A stretch of DNA of 64,000 nt. Source: Nitrospirales bacterium. GTDB taxonomy: Bacteria; Nitrospirota; Nitrospiria; Nitrospirales; UBA8639. The DNA is taken from NCBI GenBank assembly GCA_965203295.1, contig CBDBCZ010000017.1, forward strand, positions 640,001 through 704,000, written 5' to 3'. The position numbers and the translations under genes were made by a program. Numbering within the stretch: position 1 is the first letter of the stretch; each line of letters opens with the position of its first letter. Below, piece after piece: positions 21,724 through 33,800 of this stretch. The notes under the pieces were generated by a model that saw nothing but the letters and a program-made list of their open reading frames with translations, had not been told where the DNA came from and searched no databases.

Positions 21724-24700
21724 ATGGCGCACCCCAGAGTCAGTGTCGTAGCTGCTGCGTTGATCACAATACTACTAGTACTGCAGCCACACAGTTGCCA
21801 GAGGTAACGTACAACCCATATAAAGCTAGCATAGTCATAGTGTGTATATGAGCGCAAGTGTTCAGTCCACCATGCATAGATAGTAGTGTGCATACGAGTC
21901 CACCCTACAGGGCGTCCGGTTAGGTATCGCATCAACATTTCTCATTGTCATAGTTAGAACATTGTTATACTTGTTTATTCAATTTCCGTTAGAGACGTAC
22001 TGTTAGCATTCACTTATTTTTAGGGTTTGAGTTACTAGGTTAGGGTTGGGTTAATAGAGTTTGGTTAGGGGCTAGGAAGCTAATCGTTGGGTTTAGCACT
22101 GGCTACAGAGCTTCATTTTCAAGCTATTCACTAGTTCACGATCGAGTGTGCATGTGCATGCATTCCCTATATAAATGTACATGCTAACGTAATGTCTCTA
22201 ACGGCTTGTGTTTATTCTACAGCTACAATCCTACTGAGGGAGTTCACATCAACCTGGGAAACAGAGGAGTCCCAAGCCACGGCGTTTTGAACCAAGCTGA
22301 CATAGGAACGGCAGAAGATAGCTTCCTACACTGCCGCTCTGACAGTCCACGAGCGGACATTGGAACATGGTTTTATCCCAATGGAAGCGAGATCAGTTTC
22401 GAGAGCGAGGGAGAGATACTCTATCAGGAGAGAGGGGTCGGTGTGGTGAGTCTGTATTCCACGAGCAACACCAGTATTCCGGAGGGCGTCTATAGTTGCG
22501 TAATGCCAGCAGAAGATGGAGAAATACATTCAGCATATGTTGGAATATATGCTGAAGATTCAGGTATCTCAGCTTAACTCATGATTTACTGAAACTAACT
22601 GTAGGCTTGCCTACAAATTGATGTAGATGCACAACTTCTAACTATTAGGTGCTCCGGTCATTTTAGAAGAAATATCCTTCCTTGCACTGACCACTTGGGA
22701 CGCTGCCACTCCAGTGTTTACCCTGACCTTGACATCAAGTGGGGGGCCCGCCCCATTAGTCGTTTGGACTAGAGACTGTGTTCCGTTTCAAAGTGACAGC
22801 ACACATGTCCAATCAATGACACTGCTGGACCCGGAAAGTGCTACCTATCGGCATTCTCTGAGGGTGACCGATGAAACCAGCGGTGTTTACAGGTGTATTG
22901 TTATCAACTGGATGGGGTGTGCCAGTGCAGCCATAAATTTCACTAGTATTCAGTTGATGGAGAACGAAATGTCACCAGAAGTAACTAGCAGATGTGAGTA
23001 GCTGTTTGTTAAGTTTTGTTTACGTAAATAAATGATTAAAAGCTATGTATTTGGAATAAAAAAAAGCAAGGAACGCGTAGGCAATACAACACAAGCAGGA
23101 CAACATTTCTCCAGAAAAGGAAATACTAATAAAGGACTAAAGTAGAGCACAACAATGATTTTTACTTTTAACCTTTTTACCAGTATAGGCCACTTTACTG
23201 CCCAAAGAAATAAAACAAAAGCCCATACTTTATACTAACGCCTTATATAAAAACACCATATAAATTTATATGGGCCTTATGGAAGCAGGTCTCTACTGGT
23301 GAAAGGGTTAAAGGAGTGACTGTGCCATACTTTATACTAATTAACGCCTAATATAAAAACACCATATAAATTTATATGGGCCTTATGGAAGCAGGTCTCT
23401 ACCGGTTCATGAAAGGGTTAAAGGAGTGACTGTTAATTGTTGTTGCTGTTTACTGTATTGACTGAGAACCAATCTTATATTTTTAATTAGGTGCTTGGAT
23501 GACATTCGATGAAAGACTAGTGTATAACAACAGTATCGTAAACAGGTACGACATATACACCCCAGACAGAGTTTCTCTGCAGTGCTGGACAGACGACAAC
23601 ACCACGACCAGTTGGTACTATCCCGATGGTACAGAGGTTCCCATCAATTCACCAACGGCTTTCTTTCAAACAAGTGGTGATAGAGTCAGCATCTTGAGCA
23701 GACACGGAGGTGGTGTGGATGGAGTATATAGCTGTGTGGTACCAGGGCAGGATGGAGATGAACACACACTGTATATTGGTATCTACGGCAGTCCAGGTAA
23801 AAAATCGTGTGTTTGTAATGTATGCAATTATTCTGTGGAGTATCTCTACCATGAATGCCCGCAGCAGCAGACTTTACATCATTTATATGCACTGTTAATT
23901 ATATAACATAAATTCCAAACTCTATCTGCAGTGCATGAAATAAATACACCATTTTCTCATATGCACTGTTTTACACATAATTATAATTATGATGAATTTT
24001 GAATGTATTCCGCTTTAATCAATATCCAGGTACTGTGGGTACACCATTCATAACTGATATTCAGTTTCAGCAACTGGACAATGAGACGGTAGTTCTAAAT
24101 TGCTCTTCAACGGGAGGTCCGGCGTCTGAAACATTTTGGACAAGAAACTGCATCCAGATCCAAAGCGACGAGAGTCACATCTTTTCCAAAGTACTGGTCG
24201 ACAGTGAATCAGCTACGTATGAGAATACACTCCAAATCACCGGTGAATGTGTTGGGTTGTATCAGTGCATCGTGACGAACCCCAGGGGAGCAGCAATAGC
24301 AAACTACTCTTGCGGAGGGAATGATGCTCATGATGCTGCTTGCAATAGTTGAGTACCTTTTTTGTCATTCGTGATCATTGCCCTTGCTTTCAATCCTGCA
24401 GCTAGCTAACATGTATGAATGGAAACGTTGTTTTTTATATATATAGCAGTGCTTTTCATCACATTTCACTATCAAATCTCTTCCAACGCAGGCGTCTGGA
24501 TTACACACAATGACAGAGTACTCCCTAACAACAGCATTGTAAACCTGGAAGATATTAACTTTCAGGGCAAAGGGACTTTGAAGTGCTGGACTAGCTGGTA
24601 TTATTGCTGCAATGCCGCTTTCACTCTCGATAACGAGTTCATCGGACACTGGTATCTTCCCAGTGGAGAGTCAGTAGGCTTTAAGAGTGACTACATCTAC

Positions 24701-27700
24701 TCTGGAATTGACATTTACCGCTCAAGAATTCACCAGGTGGTCTTACTGCACAGGAAGGAAGGAGGAACGGAAGGCATCTTCCACTGTTCCATTCCAAATG
24801 AGAATGGAGAAAATATCGACCTGTACGTGGGAATATATAAATCTTCAACTCCTGCTGGTAATGATCACAATTTTTTTATACACACTTACACCCTTTCTTC
24901 CACCCATACTAATGTTTGTGCTTTCCTTCTAAACGTATATTCACTCTTATAGGTATTCCTCTCGGAGTTGGGGTACCCCAGTTTGAAGTGCTAACTGAGA
25001 CAGATGCTGAGAATCCTGTATTTTCTCTGACGTGCATCTCTATTGGAGGACCTCCCACTTCCGTGAGCTGGACCAGAGATGGAGCTGGTATCCCAGATTC
25101 TGAGGAGGGAGGGAGCTACGTCACCTCTCAGACGTGTATTGACACTGTCACTGCGACGTATTATAACCAACTGTGGATACACGGGAGATTGGAGGGTTTA
25201 TATGAGTGCCTAGTTTCCAATGAAAAAGGAACGTCTCCGACCATTGTTAGCTACTTGATGAAAGGTGAAGGACACACGTGTTCAGTGTAAACTTAGGAAA
25301 TGTGTGCAGCCTAGATTGTAACTTGTAAATAATTGAACAGAATTCTTTATTTCTTTTCAGCTCCTACTGCACCTGCTATCTTAACTGCATCACCAGCAGA
25401 AACATCAGTGGATATATCTTGGAGCAGCCAGCCAATGAATCACAGCGATTACAGCATCATTGATTTTTATGAGGTCCATGCCATCCCAGCGGAAGGATCG
25501 TGCACTGAGTTAAACACGAGCCACGTAGTGGTGGTTGTGGATGGTAGAAGCACAGATTGCACAGTAACGTCTTTGGAAGAAAATACCACATACATCTTTA
25601 CTGTAGTAGCAGTCAATGGCATTGGTAGATCTAACTATAGTGGGGAGCAGCACGTCACGACATTACCTTCAGGTATGAATGGAGTGTTTTCAGTACACAT
25701 ATTACCTATGTTTACTCAAATGTCTTCATTTACCTGTACAATAATATTCAATGGGAGTTTATACCGTGTATGTATTCAGAGAATAGGACTCCTGGAGCTA
25801 CAGTTATGAAATCACAATGATATACTGGTGTAATGCTTGTCCCTTACTTTGTGGGGCTTTACTATGTACTACTACTATTAGAGTGTTTGGCTTCCGTTAG
25901 TAATGCTTTATTTGTACAACAGTCACAGGATCTAGCCTCAAACCTTGTCCTTCCCAGCTCTCGCAAAAAAAATGTCAACGCCCAAGAGCAGTGTTCGTCT
26001 TTTTTTTTTTTTGTGCGTGCGGGGAAGACCTTGGTTCAAGGCTACCACAGATCATGCTTTATGCAATCTTAGTGATACAACTGTCTCTTATTTTATAGTT
26101 CCTTCCGGTGCTCCTGAAGCTGTGACAAGCACAGCCACATCTTCAACCAGCATTCTTATCCAATGGCAACCAGTGCGCTGCATACATCGCAACAGCGATA
26201 TAGCAAGCTACCTATTGCAGATTGATAGCGCTTCCACAACAGAGTCTGCGAATAGCCACAATCAGGACTATGAGTTTACTGGCCTGAATACCTACACCAA
26301 CTACTCTATCAAAGTGGCAGCGGAGAATGTTTATGGAGATACTGGTCCATTTAGTGAGAGTACGACAACAGAGACACCCGAAGATGGTGAGACTGCTTTT
26401 AGCGGTGATATGATCACTGCTTAGGTATATACGTATAACCCTTATCCACTCCCACTGCTAAATTAATGAAACCGTCATCATGAGAAACCATTAATCACAG
26501 ACTCAATTTGTTAATCATCAGACTACAATGCTTTGTGTATAATTTTGGGTGTTGTTTTGAATATTAGCCTCGTACCCAACCGCCCACACTGAAAATTATA
26601 CAAAATTTCAATGAATTTATAGGTATATATCTAAGTATAAATTGTGTCAATGACTTTACTTAATCAACATAATGAATAACAACAATTATCTATGTCTATA
26701 TATATATATATATCATTCAGTCCCAGGGCCTGTACATCTCCTATCAGCTACTCCTCTACTGACGGCAATACAAATCACATGGCTTACACCTCGTGTGCAG
26801 AATGGTGTCATTATTACATATGAGGTCATGTATGAAGGACCACAGGAGAGTGAATCAGTGAACACCACCGAACTATCATTTGCACTGACCGACCTTGAAC
26901 CAAACAGTAGCTACGTCTTTACTGTCAGTGGATACACTCGGGCAGGACGTGGTGATAATGTAACAGTGAACAGCACACCAATTGACCACAGTAAGCTACC
27001 ATGCATGCAACAATACTTAAATATTAGAGAGAGTTCCATACCCCATGCATGCAGTCTCTATCCAATTATACATCTGTGTTCAGTGCTGCATATAGGACAA
27101 TCAAGAGGGTATACTATTGGTGTTAATGGGTTACATATTAGGCGTCGTTCCATACCCCATGCATGTTCAGTGTTACATATAGGACAACCAAGGGGGTATA
27201 CTATCGGCGGTGTTAATGGGTTTTAATTAAATATTAGGAACAGTTCTATATATCTCATGTATGTGTGCAGTCTCTATCCCATTATACATCAGTGTAGCCT
27301 CATTCCCAGGCTCTACTGACCAGCTTTTTTTGCACGTAGTAAAATAAGCGGTCAGAGAAAAAAAGCTGGTCATTAGAGCCGGGGAACGAGGCTACATCAG
27401 TGTTCAGTGCTACATATATGACACAGTAATAAAACGTAGTCTAGTGTGCTACTGTAGTAAATGGCATAATGAACTTCTTCCTCACAGTTGTGGTTGAGAA
27501 CGTACAAACAGAACAGATAGATGAACACTCCATTTTAGTGATATGGAATGAGCTGGATATACCAGGTTCAACCGTTGTGAACTACACAGTCTACTACAGC
27601 AGTTTATCAGTCACGGTAACCACGAGGACCACAACTGTACCTGACGACTCCACTCAGGAGTTCCCACCAAATGTCACTCATGGCATTTTTCGAGAACTGG

Positions 27701-29783
27701 ACTCAAACCACAGGTATCAGTTTCAGGTGACTGCAACTGTGGAGGTTGCTGGCTACATTGTGGAAAGCAAGAAGTCCGTGGTGACAGACTATTCAGTGGT
27801 AACTATCGCCCCAGTTCCTCCATCTGCTAACACTATTTGCCTCAAGCCAGCAAGTCTCGGAGGAGTAGTTGTCGGCATCTTTGCCTTCACTACCTTCATT
27901 TTCCTAGTAGCCTTCCTGATTGTTACCTGCATTGTGAAGCGAGGAAAAGGTAAAGTATATAACACTGTAGCTGCATGAAATTAAATGTGACATTATATTC
28001 CAGGACTCGTTCCAGCAGAAGGCTTGGTTTAACATCTTACAACAGAATTATGTATCATCAGTATAAAAGCTAGGTGTGAGCGCTTGATCCAGCCCTGTTG
28101 TATAACCTCGTGTAAGCAATAATGCCATGCAGTGCCCTGGGGTCCAGGGTCTAAGTTAAGCCCTAAGTAAGGTTTTCTACGGTGGCCGACAGAGTCATTT
28201 CTCGTTCATCCTCACTGTTCACTGCTAAGCGATTTGACCCCGGGGGGCGCTAAGCGATTCGACCTCACTGTTCACCGCTCACTGCTCACCGCTTACGGCT
28301 CATCGCTAAGCGATTCGTCTCCAAACTGATTCACTACGAAAGTGAATCCACCCTGAGCCTTGATTAGTGATTAAATAAAGGAGCTGAACGAACGGGCTTA
28401 ATTAGCAAGCCACGTACGAATACCACCCGTGGAGGCCTAGCGTGTCTGTGATTCTGACTATGGAAGATATAGGGTAGCTAGCGCAATAGACAGCCACAAT
28501 CATGCAGGAGTTAAACTCGCATCATGAACGGTGAACAGTGTGGGTCGAATCGCTTAGCGGGGAACCGTAAGCGGTGAACAGTGTGGGTCGAATCGCTTAG
28601 CGGTGAACCGTAAACGGTGAACAGTGATGGTCGAATTGCTTAGCCGTGAAGAGTGAATGGTGAGGATCGAATCGCTTAGCGGTGAACAGTGAGGGTCCCC
28701 CTCGACCCTCACTGTTCACCGCTAAGTGATTCGACCCACACTGTTCACCGTTCATGATGCAAGTTTAACTACATAATAATGCTATCAATCCTGCATGATT
28801 GTGGCTGTCTATTGCGCTAGCTACCTTATATCTTGTTCACTGTTCACTGCTATGCGATTCCACCCTAAGCGATTGGAGCCTCACCGCTAATTGATTCGGC
28901 CCTAAGACTCACCACTCGCCGCTCACAGCTAAGCGATTCGACCCTAAGCGATTCATGAGCATTATTCAAAGGCAGCCTTCCCCTTTAAAGGTGCCAAGAG
29001 ACACATGTAGCATGCAGTAAGAATGTGCTAGAGTATACATGTAAACATACGCATGCCTAGTAGTCTAACAGCATGGAGAGAACACTACATGGGATTTTGA
29101 TTCGTGACACTCACCTTTCCCGACATATCATTAAGTAGACCTGCTTCCTCTTAAGCTTTCATGGACAGCCATGCTGCGATATCTTCTAACCCTACCTCAG
29201 ATACACTGCTATACAAACATGATGCGAGTTTAACTACATAATAATCCTGCATGATTGTGGCTGTCTATAGCGCTAGCTACCTTTTATCTTCCATAGTCAG
29301 AATCACAGACACACTAGGCCTCCACGGGTGGTATTCGTAGCTACGTGGCTTACTAATTAAGCCCAGCTCTCCTTTATTTAAAGGCTCAGGGTCGATTCGC
29401 TTTCGTAGTGAATCAGTTTGGAGTCGAATTGCTTAGCGGTGAGCGGTGAGCAGTGAGCGGTGAACAGTGAGGTCGAATCGCTTAGCGGTGAATAGTGAGG
29501 ATGAACGAGAAATGACTCTGTCGGCCACCGTAGTTGTCACCAGGGTCTAAGTTAAGCCCTAAGGAAGGTTTTCACCACTGGGGTCCAGGGTCTAAGTTAA
29601 GCCCTAAGATTTTCACCCCCTTTTTTTTCCTTCTGGGGTAAGAACTAGGCATACTTTTTTCGTATTTTGTCTATTTTAGTCATGCAAAGTGTTCATTATT
29701 ATTACTCAGTGGAAGTACAGAAGCGTCCAGTGGTCAGAAGGAGAAAACCTCCAACAGCACCGAAAACCGAGACGGAATCATAA
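21724..29783 (+). CDS. Ig/FN3 type I receptor, copy 1 (~1157 aa): signal peptide, 6 Ig-like domains (3 alternating pairs), 4 FN3, TM helix, short tail
   Basis: Exons 21724-21803, 22223-22563, 22649-22993, 23491-23796, 24030-24347, 24492-24857, 24953-25264, 25361-25672, 26099-26386, 26721-26990, 27488-27949 (FN3+TM) and a tentative last exon 29710-29783. Ig motifs C..W(Y/F).P.G..G.Y.C and C.S.GGP...W.R..G.Y.C.V.N; FN3 motifs W..Y..L...T.Y...V.A.N..G. The 3' end is uncertain. Confidence 0.85.
23168..23421. mobile_element. piggyBac-type MITE (TTAA|CCC..GGG|TTAA) with a duplicated right half
   Basis: Cleanest in copy 3 (41509-41656, ttaaccctttcactggta..tgaaagggttaa). Copies 1 and 2 carry a ~100-bp tandem duplication of the right half. 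A related fragment lies at ~53430-53529. Confidence 0.7.
27295..27394. mobile_element. TAGCCTC..GAGGCTA palindromic MITE
   Basis: Flanked by the direct repeat CATCAGTG. Orthologous copies at 36464-36563 and ~45517-45618. Relatives at 50016-50092, 59057-59166 and ~61061-61150. Confidence 0.85.
28177..29533. mobile_element. 1.36-kb foldback-like element with long TIRs (CTACGGTGGCCG..CGGCCACCGTAG)
   Basis: Terminal inverted repeats over 300 bp, internal ~28-bp units (tcgacctcactgttcaccgctaagcgat) in both orientations, and no ORF. Absent from copy 3. Confidence 0.9.
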
Positions 29784-30103
29784 GTAGCGCAAAAGAATTC
29801 CTTATTATTTTATTGTACACATACTGGCCTGTCAGATCTGATGAAATTCCGTTAACTATGTGACTCTTTTGACGCACTGAAGCAAAGTGGGCAGGGGAGG
29901 GCCCTTGTCATGTGCAAATGGTTGCTAAAATTCTGCAATGTTATATTGTCTGTAGCTATGTAGAACATGATGACACTGTGCTATTAGTCATGCACTTGTA
30001 AGATGATATATAGGTCTGGGGGGACACGCCCTTTCAATTTCTTTGAAAGAGAATGTTTACTGTTTTCAGCATTATATTTCTACACAAAATATAGGCATCC
30101 CAA

Positions 30104-30645
30104 GTGCTAAAAACACCAGAGAGAGGAGCTCTGGCTATAGGAGTCATCATGCTGGTATAGTATTACAAAATCCTTGCAGGTCAATTTGGCATTGAGGCTT
30201 GTAAAGTAGCTACATGTAGCATAACGAGAAAATCTGTTTCCTCAACTTTTATTGTGAAATGTCATCTAATGATTATGGCTTACCAGACCCAAGTTCATTA
30301 AGCGGCTTCTTATTTTTCTATTGTTCAAGAAGGGTTTTCTGCAGTGTGGATCATGTATAGCCACAGCTATTCAATGGTGCTGCAACGGTCTAGTCTCAGA
30401 CAGCTATAGTCAGTCTGGCAGGCGCAGGGTGCTCTCATTAGGCAGGCGCCCGAACTATATCCCAAATAACTGGTTGTGCACGATTTTGCACCGCATAATA
30501 ATTATCGCTATAGACAGTGCTAGTAAACACGTATTCTGGCAACGAATGCCCTCGGGACTTACGGTAGACGAGGTAGAGAGACGCCTTCAGTTCTACTCAT
30601 CCCGGCTCCTTAGACTTTACAGATCTGGGTCACTTCCATGGTAAC
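30104..30645 (-). pseudogene. Co-duplicated remnant of the FSIP2-like gene (exon 1 plus most of exon 4; exons 2-3 deleted)
   Basis: 30104-30131 matches 19617-19645, 30273-30355 matches 19714-19797, and the sequence then jumps directly to a match of 21228 onward. Confidence 0.85.
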
Positions 30646-30840
30646 TTGGGTCCGGGAACGCCCACTATTGATGGTGGGAGGGGCTGCGGCATGCCAGGCC
30701 GGCCGGTCCATAATTCATATCTCAAAAAAAAAAATTGGCGCGAATTTGTCGCTTACGTCATGCGATTCATAACGGCCGGCCAGCCGCGCTCAACGATATC
30801 GATACCAACTGGCGGCCATGGTAACGTCTTCGAGAGCGCA

Positions 30841-33800
30841 ATGGAGCACCCCAGAGTCAGTGTCGTAGCTGCTGCGTTGATCACAATACTACTAGTACTG
30901 CAGCCACACAGTTGCCAGAGGTAACGTACAACCCATATAAAGCTAGCATAGTCATAGTGTGTATGAGCGCAAGTGTTCAGTCCACCATGCATAGATAGTA
31001 GTGTGCATACGAGTCCACCCTACAGGGCGTCCGGTTAGGTATCGCATCAACAATTCTCATTGTCATAGTTAGAACATTGTTATACTTGTTTATTCAATTT
31101 CCGTTAGAGACAGTACGTTAGCATTCACTTATTTTTAGGGTTTGAGTTACTACATGTAGGTTAGGGTTAGGGTTGGGTTAATAGAGTTTGGTTAGAGGCT
31201 AGGAAGCTAATCGTTGGGTTTAGCACTGGCTACAGAGCTTCATTTTCAAGCTATTCACTAGTTCACGAGTGTACATGTGCATGCATTCCCTATACAAATG
31301 TACATGTACATGCTAACGTAATGTCTCTAACGGCTTGTGTTTATTCTACAGCTACAATCCTACTGAGGGAGTTCATATCAACCTGGAAAGCAGAGGAGTC
31401 CCAAACCACGGCGTTTTGAACCAAGCTGACATAGGAACGGCAGAAGATAGCATCCTACACTGCCGCTCTGACAGTCCACGAGCGGACATTGGAACATGGT
31501 TTTATCCCAATGGAAGCGAGATCAGTTTCGAGAGCGAGGGAGAGATACTCTATCAGGAGAGAGGGGTTGGTGTGGTGAGTCTGTATTCCACGAGCAACAC
31601 CAGTATTCCGGAGGGCGTCTATAGTTGCGTAATGCCAGCAGAAGATGGAGAAATACATTCAGCATATGTTGGAATATATGCTGAAGATTCAGGTATCTCA
31701 GCTTAACTCATGAGTTCTTAACCTTTGAATTAGGGCCTCTCTTTTACCCTGCCTTTACTGAAACTAACTGTAGGCTTGCTTGTAAATTAATGTAGATGCA
31801 CAACTTCTAACTATTAGGTGCTCCGGTCATTTTAGAAGAAATATCCTTCCTTGCACTGACCACTATGGACGCTGCCACTCCAGTGTTTACCCTGACCTTG
31901 ACATCAAGTGGGGGGCCCGCCCCATTAGTCGTTTGGACTAGAGACTGTGTTCCGTTTCAAAGTGACAGCACACATGTCCAATCAATGACACTGCTGGACC
32001 CGGAAAGTGCTACCTATCGGCATTCTCTGAGGGTGACCGATGAAACCAGCGGTGTTTACAGGTGTATTGTTATCAACTGGATGGGGTGTGCCAGTGCAGC
32101 CATAAATTTCACTAGTATTCAGTTGATGGAGAACGAAATGTCACCAGAAGTAACTAGCAGATGTGAGTAGCTGTTTGTTAAGTTTTGTTTACGTAAATAA
32201 ATGATTAAAAGCTATGTATTTGGAATAAAAAAAAGCAAGGAACGCGTAGGCAATACAACACAAGCAGGACAACATTTCTCCAGAAAAGGAAATACTAATA
32301 AAGGACTAAAGTAGAGCACAACAATGATTTTTACTTTTAACCTTTTTACCAGTATAGGCCACTTTACTGCCCAAAGAAATAAAACAAAAGCCCATACTTT
32401 ATACTAACGCCTTATATAAAAACACCATATAAATTTATATGGGCCTTATGGAAGCAGGTCTCTACTGGTGAAAGGGTTAAAGGAGTGACTGTGCCATACT
32501 TTATACTAATTAACGCCTAATATAAAAACACCATATAAATTTATATGGGCCTTATGGAAGCAGGTCTCTACCGGTTCATGAAAGGGTTAAAGGAGTGACT
32601 GTTAATTGTTGTTGCTGTTTACTGTATTGACTGAGAACCAATCTTATATTTTTAATTAGGTGCTTGGATGACATTCGATGAAAGACTAGTGTATAACAAC
32701 AGTATCGTAAACAGGTACGACATATACACCCCAGACAGAGTTTCTCTGCAGTGCTGGACAGACGACAACACCACGACCAGTTGGTACTATCCCGATGGTA
32801 CAGAGGTTCCCATCAATTCACCAACGGCTTTCTTTCAAACAAGTGGTGATAGAGTCAGCATCTTGAGCAGACACGGAGGTGGTGTGGATGGAGTATATAG
32901 CTGTGTGGTACCAGGGCAGGATGGAGATGAACACACACTGTATATTGGTATCTACGGCAGTCCAGGTAAAAAATCGTGTGTTTGTAATGTATGCAATTAT
33001 TCTGTGGAGTATCTCTACCATGAATGCCCGCAGCAGCAGACTTTACATCATTTATATGCACTGTTAATTATATAACATAAATTCCAAACTCTATCTGCAG
33101 TGCATGAAATAAATACACCATTTTCTCATATGCACTGTTTTACACATAATTATAATTATGATGAATTTTGAATGTATTCCGCTTTAATCAATATCCAGGT
33201 ACTGTGGGTACACCATTCATAACTGATATTCAGTTTCAGCAACTGGACAATGAGACGGTAGTTCTAAATTGCTCTTCAACGGGAGGTCCGGCGTCTGAAA
33301 CATTTTGGACAAGAAACTGCATCCAGATCCAAAGCGACGAGAGTCACATCTTTTCCAAAGTACTGGTCGACAGTGAATCAGCTACGTATGAGAATACACT
33401 CCAAATCACCGGTGAATGTGTTGGGTTGTATCAGTGCATCGTGACGAACCCCAGGGGAGCAGCAATAGCAAACTACTCTTGCGGAGGGAATGATGCTCAT
33501 GATGCTGCTTGCAATAGTTGAGTACCTTTTTTGTCATTCGTGATCATTGCCCTTGCTTTCAATCCTGCAGCTAGCTAACATGTATGAATGGAAACGTTGT
33601 TTTTTATATATATAGCAGTGCTTTTCATCACATTTCACTATCAAATCTCTTCCAACGCAGGCGTCTGGATTACACACAATGACAGAGTACTCCCTAACAA
33701 CAGCATTGTAAACCTGGAAGATATTAACTTTCAGGGCAAAGGGACTTTGAAGTGCTGGACTAGCTGGTATTATTGCTGCAATGCCGCTTTCACTCTCGAT

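Noticed and set aside
22020..22080. Telomere-like TTAGGG repeats
   Set aside because: Only a few degenerate units inside an intron; probably a mobile-element remnant.
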